64,000 nucleotides of DNA from an uncultured Acidobacteriaceae bacterium (GTDB taxonomy: Bacteria > Acidobacteriota > Terriglobia > Terriglobales > Acidobacteriaceae), in the NCBI GenBank assembly GCA_963838295.1, contig CAWIQS010000002.1, positions 19,156 to 83,155 of the forward strand, written 5' to 3'. Below are positions 9,795-18,740 of this stretch, piece after piece. The notes below the pieces were generated by a model. The model was not told the origin of the DNA. It did not search any database and saw nothing but the letters and a program-made list of their open reading frames with translations. Every line of letters starts with the position of its first letter. Position 1 is the stretch's first letter. The position numbers were made by a program, and so were the translations under genes.

Positions 9795-9870
9795 AACAGG
9801 GAACAGTGAACAGTTCGCGCTGATCGCGCGCCGCTGCTAACTGTTCACTGCCCACTGATCACTGTCCACT
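9795..9870. repeat. Heptamer-armed inverted repeat between scaffold and capsid genes
   Basis: ACAGGGAACAGTGAACAG ... CTGTTCACTGCCCACTGATCACTGTCCAC. Confidence 0.8.
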
Positions 9871-9903
9871 TTTACATCGGCCCCATGGAGGGGGCGAGAC
9901 ACT

Positions 9904-10872
9904 ATGAACGCATCTTTCGCAGACATCCACGCGGCAGCCGACTTCATCGGACCCGGCGCAATCGAAGTTCCCTTATATCAGACCGAGATCTTCGACATCT
10001 GCCGCCGCTCCAGTCCGTTCGGCCAGCGCATCAAGCAGGTTCCGGCCACCGGCCATCCGTCGCGCTTCTTTGAAGAGACGGCATTGCCCAATCCCGGCAC
10101 CGCGGGCTTCGTCAATCCACGCAGCATTGTCGCCCCGGTCGTCAGTCCCACACGTGTAGAACGCAGCGTGCCGCTGAAGGCGATCGTGTCGCAGATCAAC
10201 TACAACCTCTTCGATGTCGAACTCGGCAATCAGCAGCAGCAGTTCGCCTATCTGCAGGCGAAAGACCTGGTCGACACCGTCAATGGCGTGATGCTCGCGC
10301 ACGACGTGGCGCTGTGGAACGGCAACGACACCAGTCTCAGTTCGCCAACTACCACGCAATACATGGGTGCTGTTCCGCAGATCGTTTCCGGCGGCCTGAC
10401 CACGACAATCGGCACCTCGGCCTCCATCGTCGACGGCATTAAGTCAGCCGTGGCGCAAATGGTGGCGAACAACGGATATCAAGTTCGTCCCACGGCCATC
10501 TATGCCAACCCGGTGCTGCTTGACCTGATCGACCGCGAGATGAAGACCGAGTTCAACGTCGTACTCAACTCCGACCAGATCACCGGCGGTTTCCGCGTGA
10601 AGATGCTGTCGACGCAGGCAGGCGACTTGCCTCTGATTCCAGATTGGAGCCTGAGCTACACGGGCACTCCGGGTTCCGGATCGGCTGTGTTGCCCGCGTA
10701 CATCGTGACCGAGGACCTGATCGAATATCACTGGCTCGGCGATCCGGCTCCGCGCATCTTTCAGCTCGGCATGCCTGGCTCTCTCACGCAGCAGTATGTA
10801 GCCGTCAAGTTCGGCGCAATCGTCGTGAAGGGCGCGAACTACGCGCACTACCAGGTGCTCGTGGACCGCTAG
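9904..10872 (+). CDS. Major capsid protein (HK97 fold, predicted)
   Basis: 322 aa, canonical position after scaffold; ALWNGND and PTAIYANPVLL resemble capsid motifs; RBS GGAGG. Confidence 0.7.
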   Translation: MNASFADIHAAADFIGPGAIEVPLYQTEIFDICRRSSPFGQRIKQVPATGHPSRFFEETALPNPGTAGFVNPRSIVAPVVSPTRVERSVPLKAIVSQINYNLFDVELGNQQQQFAYLQAKDLVDTVNGVMLAHDVALWNGNDTSLSSPTTTQYMGAVPQIVSGGLTTTIGTSASIVDGIKSAVAQMVANNGYQVRPTAIYANPVLLDLIDREMKTEFNVVLNSDQITGGFRVKMLSTQAGDLPLIPDWSLSYTGTPGSGSAVLPAYIVTEDLIEYHWLGDPAPRIFQLGMPGSLTQQYVAVKFGAIVVKGANYAHYQVLVDR

Positions 10873-10879
10873 AGCGATC

Positions 10880-10991
10880 CACAGTGGACAGTGAACAGTG
10901 GTCAGTGGACAGAGCCCGCAGCGTCTTTACCGGGTTCGCCGTTCACTGTTCACTGTTCACTGCTCACTGTGCACTGCGCACTGTTCACTGA
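10880..10991. repeat. Heptamer-armed inverted repeat between capsid and adaptor genes
   Basis: CACAGTGGACAGTGAACAGTGGTCAGTGGACAG ... TTCACTGTTCACTGTTCACTGCTCACTGTGCACTGCGCACTGTTCACTG. Confidence 0.85.
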
Positions 10992-11011
10992 ACCCTGTTC
11001 CGGAGGAATAC

Positions 11012-11635
11012 ATGCCCTACCTGCAACCTGCCGACTACAGCAATTATGGATTGCCCGACGGTACTTCCGCCAACTGGATTACTGCCGCGACTGCACTGAT
11101 CAATAGTTTCTGCCGTCGCCCAGATCTCAATATCACGCAATACACAGAGCGCCTCCGGGTTGTCAGCGGATCGCGCACGGTGCGGCTCAGTTATTTGCCC
11201 CTGGCGCCGCTCCGCAGCGCCAACACGCCACTGGTCAGCCTCGAAGGCCGCTATGCGAAACCGCGGCGCGGCGAGGCAATCGACAACGCGCTCGCCGAAA
11301 TTGCCTTTGCCTTTTCGCTTCCCGGCCAGTGGACCGCCATTGATCCCGCCACCGTGGATTTCGATCCGAACACGGGCGAGCTTACTCTACCCTGGAACGT
11401 CTTCGGCTTGCCATTCAACGAAATCTCTGCGACCTACACGGCCGGCCTCGCCACCATCGGCGACGACATAAAAACCGCATGTGCGCAGATCGTCCGCAAT
11501 GCGCAGTCGACACCGGCGCTGAACGCCAGCAAAACGAAGATCGACACGATGCAGATGCAGTACTTCTCAAGTTCGCTGGTGGATGAAACCGTGCAGGCCT
11601 GGTTGCGTCCCTATGTCGCGAACAGGCTGGGGTGA
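11012..11635 (+). CDS. Head-tail connector/adaptor-like protein
   Basis: MPYLQP..., AATALINSFCRR, ATYTAG, DDIKTACAQIV resemble gp6/gp15-type adaptors; RBS GGAGG before ATG 11012. Confidence 0.6.
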   Translation: MPYLQPADYSNYGLPDGTSANWITAATALINSFCRRPDLNITQYTERLRVVSGSRTVRLSYLPLAPLRSANTPLVSLEGRYAKPRRGEAIDNALAEIAFAFSLPGQWTAIDPATVDFDPNTGELTLPWNVFGLPFNEISATYTAGLATIGDDIKTACAQIVRNAQSTPALNASKTKIDTMQMQYFSSSLVDETVQAWLRPYVANRLG

Positions 11636-11638
11636 ACG

Positions 11639-12073
11639 ATGAGCGATACAGCACCACGCAATCCGGTCAGCGCGCCGCAGATGCTTGCCGATGCGCTGCT
11701 ACGCAGCGTTGCCGGTACCACCGCGCAACTGCGCGTGACGGGAACGACCACCGATTCGAATCAGTCCGAGGTCGGCCTGGTGGCGACCACCTTTAGTCAG
11801 GTCGTGATCAGTCCAGTCGTGATGCGCAAGCTTCGCCCAACGATCAAAGAGGCCGATGCGCCGCGCTGGGAGTTGCTGGCCTCGGCCACCGGCGTCCAGG
11901 CTCAGGTAAATGCGCTCGATCTGTCGTCGGCGCAGGCCTTGTTTGCGTTGACTCTGGCCGTCACCATCAGCGGACATGATTACCTCATAGAGTCAGTCGC
12001 ATCCAATGAGGCCTTCGGCCAGGTTTATCTATACCGGCTCTCACTACGAGAGGCTTGCGTGCAATCACTTTAA
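11639..12073 (+). CDS. Putative head-closure/neck protein
   Basis: 144 aa, position after the adaptor, C-terminal beta pattern HDYLIESV...YLYRLSLRE. Confidence 0.4.
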   Translation: MSDTAPRNPVSAPQMLADALLRSVAGTTAQLRVTGTTTDSNQSEVGLVATTFSQVVISPVVMRKLRPTIKEADAPRWELLASATGVQAQVNALDLSSAQALFALTLAVTISGHDYLIESVASNEAFGQVYLYRLSLREACVQSL

Positions 12074-12161
12074 ATTGGGCAGTGCACAAAGATCAGAGAT
12101 CCAATAGGTGGCGGCTATACACCTGATAACTGACCTCTGCTCACTGACCATTGGAGTTCTC

Positions 12162-12647
12162 ATGCAAAACGCGAAAGATTCTTTTTACCTGGCGCTCCGC
12201 ACGCGCCTCACCACGATCAATCCAGAACGAACAGTGCTGCTGCGTGGTGCACTGCGCCCCGGCATTCTTGTCGAAGAGGCTGAGGCGCCACTTGCGCAAC
12301 TACCGTCCGACGTCTTCATTCTGCGTTGGCTGGGGCTCGGCGTCGACACGGATCTAAGTTCCGCGATGGCGGCAGCAGATTGCGAAATCCTCTACGGCAC
12401 ATGCGGCACACAGGCATTCGGCGGGCTCGATCGCGGACGCATGCTGAGCGCCATGGACCAGGAAGTGATGGCCATGCTCGAGCCTTTCTACACACCCAAA
12501 CTCAATTACTCCGTTCAACCCGCGACCGCCATGCAAACGCACGTCTTCTGGGATGAGCCGACTTTTGCGCCCATCAATGTTCAGCGCGACCGGCTCAGCC
12601 GCTCTGTGCGCGTCATGGTCTACAGCTATCAGGAGCAGGGGGAATAA
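12162..12647 (+). CDS. Putative tail terminator/completion protein
   Basis: Size and position before the putative tail tube; start ATG 12162 after GGAG; stop overlaps next start. Confidence 0.35.
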   Translation: MQNAKDSFYLALRTRLTTINPERTVLLRGALRPGILVEEAEAPLAQLPSDVFILRWLGLGVDTDLSSAMAAADCEILYGTCGTQAFGGLDRGRMLSAMDQEVMAMLEPFYTPKLNYSVQPATAMQTHVFWDEPTFAPINVQRDRLSRSVRVMVYSYQEQGE

Positions 12648-13621
12648 TGACAGCTACCTCGTTTGCAGCACCCGCGCCGGTTGCGCGGCGCATGCGCGCC
12701 TACTTTGCCCCCGTGAATCGCATTACGCAGACTCCGGTGCTCTTCGATCCTTCGCAATCAAGTTCGTTTAGTCTCGACGCGCCGCCGTCTCCGTGGATCG
12801 ACCTGGGCTGGATTCAAAACTTCACGCGCAAGCCCACAGGCAAGAGTGGTCCCATCCTTGCCGGCATCCCCGCCGCGCCGCTGGAACAGACACGTGCCTC
12901 GCTCGAGGCTCAACTGAGCTTTGAGTTTCTTGGATGGACAAAGCTGACAATGGCGCTCGCAACAGGCTCGCAGCATATGAACCTGCTGGCTCCCGCTACC
13001 GGTGCAACGTCCGCCGCGGATGGCGCGAAGGCAGCCCCGGCAGCAACCATCCAGATCGGCTCGACTGCGTCCGTCATTCAGCTCGCCACAGCTGACGCGG
13101 CCAACTTCGTCCCTGGCTCCATGATCGCGGTCGATGCGGACTACACAGGTCAGACAGGCTATCTCGGATCTCCGGTCTCCGGCACTTACGTGCGCCAGCC
13201 GCTTACTGATGTTGATTACATCCGACGCATCACCTTCAATGTCGCGCTCGTGCTCGGGGTGAGTACAACGAGCTTGATTCTCGCGCAGCCTCTACCGGGA
13301 GGAGCACCCGCAGCAGGCACAAAACTGCAAGCTATCACCGGCTTTGTCGATCGCGAAGGCGGCAGCTTTTATCACGAGTGGTCGGCGCTCTTTGTTATGC
13401 AGGGTGGCCAGGGCGATCGCATCTTCTTTCACTACCCCCGGCTGCAAAGTATCGCTGGAGCAGAAGAGTCCGCAACACCGCTCGACAACAAGCATCAGGG
13501 AGGACTTGCGCGCATTCTGCTCAAAGGTCAGTTCCTCGCGCTCCCCGTCACCGACCCTCTCGATGGCGAACGCGTGCTCTGCTACCGCAGTTTCAAGCCG
13601 GCAGCTTATGCGCAAATTTGA
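12647..13621 (+). CDS. Putative major tail (tube-like) protein
   Basis: 324 aa following the neck genes, beta-rich; assigned mainly by synteny. Confidence 0.35.
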   Translation: MTATSFAAPAPVARRMRAYFAPVNRITQTPVLFDPSQSSSFSLDAPPSPWIDLGWIQNFTRKPTGKSGPILAGIPAAPLEQTRASLEAQLSFEFLGWTKLTMALATGSQHMNLLAPATGATSAADGAKAAPAATIQIGSTASVIQLATADAANFVPGSMIAVDADYTGQTGYLGSPVSGTYVRQPLTDVDYIRRITFNVALVLGVSTTSLILAQPLPGGAPAAGTKLQAITGFVDREGGSFYHEWSALFVMQGGQGDRIFFHYPRLQSIAGAEESATPLDNKHQGGLARILLKGQFLALPVTDPLDGERVLCYRSFKPAAYAQI

Positions 13622-13684
13622 ACCTGGACTCTCTCAAGCAATGAATATCTTCACGATAACTGCTGCAGGATTCGGACGAACACT

Positions 13685-15997
13685 ATGAAGATTACGATTG
13701 GCGGACAAGACTATACCTCAGCGCTCGACGCGACGCATCCATTGACCATTGAGCGCAAACTCAATGAGCCGTCCGTCTGCCAGCTATGGGTAGCTTTGCC
13801 CACAAACGACTCAGCGACCTTGATGCGCAATCAGCCAATCCAGGTAACCGGCGACGACGGAACTAATTACTTCACCGGCTATCTCGCCGCGAGCCCGATG
13901 CCGGAGTATGCTGGGCTGGGTCTCGAAGGCCCGCGCTATCGCTTCGCGCTCGAGGCCATCAGCGATGAATATCTTCTCGATCAGTTGCCCATGGCGTCGG
14001 GCAAAGGCGCTGCGGGATTGAATGCGGGTCCGCTTCTTTCCTCCCTGGTAGCAAAGACCGGATCGATCGCTATTTCAACCCAGGCGCTCTCGCTCACTAC
14101 TCCCGTTTCCACTTTCACGCCCGCGCCCGGCGCATCGTTCAGCACTGGAGCTGGTGCCGCGTCAAACGAGGCCTGCGCTGCGTACCGTGCAGCAAACGGT
14201 GCTATCACCCTTGCCACAATTCCCGCTGCCATTCACGTTCTCGACGAAACCCAGGGAAACCTGGCGCTCGGCAATCTCGCGCTTTCCGCCGGCGTAAAAC
14301 GCGCTCTCGCCAATGACATCACGGTCTGCGGAGAGCATGAGCCAACGGCGTATGTAACCGAATACTTTCTCGGTGATGGCGTCACCACGCAATTCAACCT
14401 CTCTTCCGATGCCTTTGCGCTGCCGCCCTCACGGTCAACCATCATTCGCGAGTTATTCAATGAAGGACAGATCGACCTTCGTCTCTGGGGCAACCCGGGT
14501 AGTCATAACTATCTGTCGCTCGGGGCAAGCGGACTTAGCATGCAGGGTGGAACCGGAAGGGACGGAGATACGCAGTTAGCCTGGATCGATCCGGTGGAGA
14601 TGGGCGGGACGCTGTTGCTCGAGGCGATTGGTGTGACTCTCGCGAACGGAAGCACTGGAATGCTCGCCGGCCTTTTCAACGGGGAGCAAACGCAGCCGGG
14701 ATGTACGGCGGGATTTCAGGTTACCGCGCAGCAAGGCACGGGGGCCGTTGCCGTGCAGCCGTTCGTGATGGGATTGCCAACAGGCAGTTTGTATCCGATC
14801 AATCCGGCCAATCAATATACGTTGCGTCTGCGCGTGCATTGTCCGGAGTGCGAACGCGGGCTCGCTGTCTATCGGAGTTACTCTGACGGCGGGACCGTGA
14901 GCTATGGCGGTCAATGGAATATCGCTCCAGCTAATTTGCTTTTCGAGATCCAGGAGTTTGTGAGCGGCGTCGCGGGCATGCCAGTCATTTTGTATAACGG
15001 CCAAGTCGTAAGCCTACCGGGCGCAGGCACGGTGGTCGCAGCCAGCTGCATCAACCTTGTAGGTACGATGCGCGCATTGAATCTAAGCAATCTTGGATCA
15101 GGCTGGGTTGTCACAACGCCTGCTGGCGGCGCTCCGTCGACACGTCGCACCGGAACCACCGCCCAGGCAGCCGAGTGTCACGTCGAAAGCACGGGCAGAC
15201 TCATCTTCTATACAGGATTCGCTCCACCGGCAGGCGAGCAGATCGCTGTCAGCTATCGCGCCATGGGCAGATCGGTCGGGCGTAGTGTGAACACCGCCAG
15301 TCAGCAAGCTCTGGCGCAGGCCGGTTTGCCTTCTGTCTCGGCATGGCTCGGCTCGGTAACCAGTCCCGCGCCACGAAGTTCGCAGGATTGCCGCAACGCT
15401 GCGCTTGTAATGCAAATGGGAGCTACCAGCGTAAGCGCACTATGGAGCGGAACATACAAATGCACGCGCGCATCGCTCGACGCCGACGTGTGGCCGGGGG
15501 ATGCACTGCAACTGAATGCGCCCTCAGCTAACCTGAACGCTCAGGTGGTGGTCCGCAACGTTACGCTGAGTTACGCGGCAACCTATCCCGACCTGGTGCA
15601 GTACGCAATTGCCTTCGCGAATGATTGGGCCGATGATCTGGCAATCAAAACAAGCGCTTCCGTTCCCGGCGACACATGGTTGCCAGCTGCCATTTCGCCA
15701 ACCTATCTTCCCAATTTAAATGCCCTCGCGGTAGCAACAATGACCGGGGCCAACGTGATCATTAATGCCGGAGCCACTGCCCCGAGCGGCGGGGGATTCG
15801 AGATACGCCGCCGCGACAATTGCTTCATGCCCGGTGCTGATCCTGACGTGGTGATGCGCGGTTCGCAATCGACCATGACCTTCGCCCGGACTTCAGCCAG
15901 TGATCGGTTCTATATAAGGATGTACAACGGATCGACTCCACCGAATTATTCCGAGTTCTCAGCAGCGCTCATCTTCAACCTGCCTCTGGGCATTTGA
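13685..15997 (+). CDS. Large tail/hub-like structural protein
   Basis: 770 aa, beta-strand rich; N-terminus MKITIGGQDYT...LTIERKLNEPS resembles tail hub proteins. Confidence 0.45.
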   Translation: MKITIGGQDYTSALDATHPLTIERKLNEPSVCQLWVALPTNDSATLMRNQPIQVTGDDGTNYFTGYLAASPMPEYAGLGLEGPRYRFALEAISDEYLLDQLPMASGKGAAGLNAGPLLSSLVAKTGSIAISTQALSLTTPVSTFTPAPGASFSTGAGAASNEACAAYRAANGAITLATIPAAIHVLDETQGNLALGNLALSAGVKRALANDITVCGEHEPTAYVTEYFLGDGVTTQFNLSSDAFALPPSRSTIIRELFNEGQIDLRLWGNPGSHNYLSLGASGLSMQGGTGRDGDTQLAWIDPVEMGGTLLLEAIGVTLANGSTGMLAGLFNGEQTQPGCTAGFQVTAQQGTGAVAVQPFVMGLPTGSLYPINPANQYTLRLRVHCPECERGLAVYRSYSDGGTVSYGGQWNIAPANLLFEIQEFVSGVAGMPVILYNGQVVSLPGAGTVVAASCINLVGTMRALNLSNLGSGWVVTTPAGGAPSTRRTGTTAQAAECHVESTGRLIFYTGFAPPAGEQIAVSYRAMGRSVGRSVNTASQQALAQAGLPSVSAWLGSVTSPAPRSSQDCRNAALVMQMGATSVSALWSGTYKCTRASLDADVWPGDALQLNAPSANLNAQVVVRNVTLSYAATYPDLVQYAIAFANDWADDLAIKTSASVPGDTWLPAAISPTYLPNLNALAVATMTGANVIINAGATAPSGGGFEIRRRDNCFMPGADPDVVMRGSQSTMTFARTSASDRFYIRMYNGSTPPNYSEFSAALIFNLPLGI

Positions 15998-16107
15998 GAG
16001 CAACCATGAACAGTGGACGGTCTTATGCCACCCGGCACTGCTCATGACCGAAGACTACTCACAACTCTGAACTAAAAACTACGGACTGTGAATGCACGGA
16101 GTGCCGG

Positions 16108-16335
16108 ATGCGCATGATGAACGAATTTGAAGCACAGGTGCTGAGCGACCTGAACGTATTGAAGACCCAGATGAACAGCTTGATGGGCGACGGAAACGGC
16201 GGACGAATCGCCGAACTCGAACACCGCATGGAGCGCCACGAACAGAACTGGCAACGCGCCAAGGGGTTTTTGGCGGCATTCAGCGTGCTGCTCGCAGTCG
16301 CAGAGATTGCGGCCGAGGCATGGCATCGGCATTAG
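16108..16335 (+). CDS. Small membrane protein, holin-like position and shape
   Basis: Coiled N-terminus plus one C-terminal hydrophobic helix (GFLAAFSVLLAVAEIAA); last gene of the cluster. Confidence 0.4.
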   Translation: MRMMNEFEAQVLSDLNVLKTQMNSLMGDGNGGRIAELEHRMERHEQNWQRAKGFLAAFSVLLAVAEIAAEAWHRH

Positions 16336-16410
16336 TCACTCCAGCGACAACGGACTCAGGTCAGTGAGCCCGGCTACAGCAATCATCGTAACGCCCTTTA
16401 TAATCACCCC

Positions 16411-16899
16411 ATGAGCGAGAAGCCGTTAGTCGGCGTGGTCATGGGCAGCAAAAGCGATTACGAAGTGTTGTCAGCGGCCGTAGAGATCTTGCAGACGCTC
16501 GAAATTCCGCACGAGGCCCGTATCGTCAGCGCGCATCGCACACCTGATTGGCTCTTCAAATATGCTGAAAAAGCGCGCGAACGCGGCCTCCGCATCATCA
16601 TTGCCGGAGCGGGCGGCGCGGCGCATCTGCCGGGCATGCTTGCGTCAAAGACGCTGGTACCCGTGCTCGGCGTTCCGGTATCCGCCACGCAACTCAACGG
16701 CCTTGATTCCCTGCTCTCGATTGTGCAAATGCCCAAGGGTGTTCCCGTCGGAACGCTTGCCATCGGCAAACCGGGCGCAGCCAACGCCGCGCTGCTTGCG
16801 GCCGAGATTCTTGCCGCGACCGACTCCGCACTCTACGACCGGCTGGCCGCCTGGCGCGCCGCGCGAACTGAAGAAGTAATGAAGCAGGAGCTGCCTTAG
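16411..16899 (+). CDS. purE: N5-carboxyaminoimidazole ribonucleotide mutase
   Basis: VVMGSKSD, SAHRTP, AGAGGAAHLPGM, SIVQMPKGVPVGT. Confidence 0.97.
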   Translation: MSEKPLVGVVMGSKSDYEVLSAAVEILQTLEIPHEARIVSAHRTPDWLFKYAEKARERGLRIIIAGAGGAAHLPGMLASKTLVPVLGVPVSATQLNGLDSLLSIVQMPKGVPVGTLAIGKPGAANAALLAAEILAATDSALYDRLAAWRAARTEEVMKQELP

Positions 16900-18089
16900 T
16901 GTCTGAAGAGTCTCCCCAGAATAAGAAAGTACCGGTGATCGAACCCGGCGGCCTGATCGGCATCCTCGGCGGTGGCCAGCTAGGCCGAATGACCGCCATG
17001 GCCGCGCGCACCATGGGTTATCGCGTCCGCGTTATGGATCCCGAAGCCAAGTGCCCAGCATGCTTTGTTGCGGACCAGACCATCGTGGGGAAGTGGGACG
17101 ATGTTGCCGCCGCGCAAAAACTGGCGAAGGGCGCCGATGCCGTCACGCTTGAGATCGAGCAGATCGGTGTAGATGCGCTGAGCGAAGTTGCCAAAATGGC
17201 GCCGCTCCGCCCTGGCGTCGAACCCATCCGCATTATCCAGGACAAAATCTTGCAAAAAACCTGGCTCGCCGAAAACGGATTTCCGGTCGGCCCCTTCCGC
17301 ATCATCCGCAACGAAGACGAACTTCATCATGCCGTAAAGGTGCTCGCCGGGCGGGTTTTCCTCAAGATCGGGCGCGGTGGATACGACGGCCGCGGCCAGG
17401 CACGCATCGGCATGGAAGCGTTGCTGAACAAGCAGATCGTCACGGATGCATGGACCAGCGTCGGTGAAAGCCCGTCCGTCGCCGAGCAGGCGCTTGACCT
17501 CGCTACCGAGATCAGCGTGATGGCCGCGCGCAGTCCTTCAGGCGAAGTGCGCACATATCCCGCTGCACGCAATCATCATGAAAATCAGATCCTCGCGTGG
17601 AGCGTGCTGCCTTCAGGCATCGCACCGGAAATCGAAGCCCGCGCAGAAAAACTGGCAGCGTCTATCATCGAGAAACTTGGCATCGAAGGGTTGCTTTGCG
17701 TGGAAATGTTCCTCACGCGCCAGGGCCGTCTGCTGATCAATGAACTTGCGCCGCGCCCGCACAACAGTTATCACCAGAGCGAGCGCGCCTGCGTAACCAG
17801 CCAGTTTGAACAACTGGTGCGGACGACATGCAATCTGCCGTTGGGGGATACGTCGCTGATCACGCCAGCCGCGATTGTGAATCTGCTCGGCGACATCTGG
17901 CTCACCTCAACGCCCAACCTTCCCGCGGCGCTTGAGGTTCCGGGCGTGCGCCTGCACCTTTACGAGAAGCGCTCCGCCAAAATGGGGCGCAAGATGGGGC
18001 ACCTTTCAGCGGTAGGCGCAACGCCGGAGGAAGCCCTGGAGCGCGCGCTCGAAGCAAAGCAGCGGCTATTGGTGCCGGCGCGTAAGTGA
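16899..18089 (+). CDS. purK: N5-carboxyaminoimidazole ribonucleotide synthase
   Basis: IGILGGGQLGRM, GGYDGRGQ, NELAPRPHNS, GRKMGHL; translationally coupled to purE. Confidence 0.95.
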   Translation: MSEESPQNKKVPVIEPGGLIGILGGGQLGRMTAMAARTMGYRVRVMDPEAKCPACFVADQTIVGKWDDVAAAQKLAKGADAVTLEIEQIGVDALSEVAKMAPLRPGVEPIRIIQDKILQKTWLAENGFPVGPFRIIRNEDELHHAVKVLAGRVFLKIGRGGYDGRGQARIGMEALLNKQIVTDAWTSVGESPSVAEQALDLATEISVMAARSPSGEVRTYPAARNHHENQILAWSVLPSGIAPEIEARAEKLAASIIEKLGIEGLLCVEMFLTRQGRLLINELAPRPHNSYHQSERACVTSQFEQLVRTTCNLPLGDTSLITPAAIVNLLGDIWLTSTPNLPAALEVPGVRLHLYEKRSAKMGRKMGHLSAVGATPEEALERALEAKQRLLVPARK

Positions 18090-18153
18090 GTTTCCGAGGT
18101 GGTCATTCCTGGTACCTGGCACCCTGTCCTCGAAGTTCGCGATAGATTGCGGT

Positions 18154-18216
18154 GTCATTCTGAGCGAACGGGGCCCCGAACATTATTCAGTTCGGGGTGG
18201 TGAGCGAAGAATCTGC
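18154..18216. repeat. REP-like element, family A (GTCATTCTGAGCG...GAAGAATCTGC)
   Basis: Same end motifs recur at 35273, 37624, 37865 and 39295; internal CCCCGAAC/GTTCGGGG hairpin. Confidence 0.75.
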
Positions 18217-18239
18217 TTTTCTGTCCTTCCAGGCTGAGT

Positions 18240-18581
18240 CTAATCCACGCGAGTAAAGACAATTCTTCCTTCCTCGGGGATAGAGCAGGAGGAATTATGA
18301 GGGCTCACGAGCACAGGAAATGCAGATCCGCCAGGATGGCGGCGAAGATACGCATCGGCAAAGTTGTCGTTTACGAACGGCTGCTTGAATGTTCCGTCGA
18401 ACCGCTGGTCAGCATTCCGATATTTGTAATGGATGACCACGAGAATGCATCCAGTGAAAGACGACTCTCGCACCGACGAAACAACAATTGCATTGAGCAG
18501 GGACCAACCGCTGGTACCGATTCTTCGTGCAAATTTGATTGCCAGGCGCACAAAGAACTCAATGTAAACATCTACGAACAT
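18240..18581 (-). CDS. Hypothetical membrane-anchored protein (DUF3592-like)
   Basis: Hydrophobic N-terminus then YKY...G.F motif and VLVSPHN.SCS, resembling DUF3592. Confidence 0.5.
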   Translation of the reverse strand: MFVDVYIEFFVRLAIKFARRIGTSGWSLLNAIVVSSVRESSFTGCILVVIHYKYRNADQRFDGTFKQPFVNDNFADAYLRRHPGGSAFPVLVSPHNSSCSIPEEGRIVFTRVD

Positions 18582-18740
18582 TGCAGAAAGATAACACGCC
18601 GCCACCAGGGCGAGTCAGATGCGAGCGACGGGACGACCGAAGCATCGCAGGAGCCTCCCGCAGGGGCTAAAGCCCATTCATCATGCAACTTTTTGCGGCA
18701 CGACTAAAGTCGAGCCCTTTCACAATGCATCACTGTGAAG

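Noticed and set aside
9904-10872. Capsid gene as an encapsulin, or cluster as a contractile injection system/tailocin
   Set aside because: Terminase, portal and neck genes indicate DNA packaging; no sheath or baseplate wedge genes.
13685-15997. 770-aa ORF as tape measure protein
   Set aside because: Beta-rich Gly/Thr/Pro composition, lacking the long Ala/Leu helical repeats of tape measures.
16336-16410. attR site or tRNA at the cluster boundary
   Set aside because: No tRNA fold or repeat matching elsewhere in the window; the left end is outside the window so att sites cannot be fully excluded.
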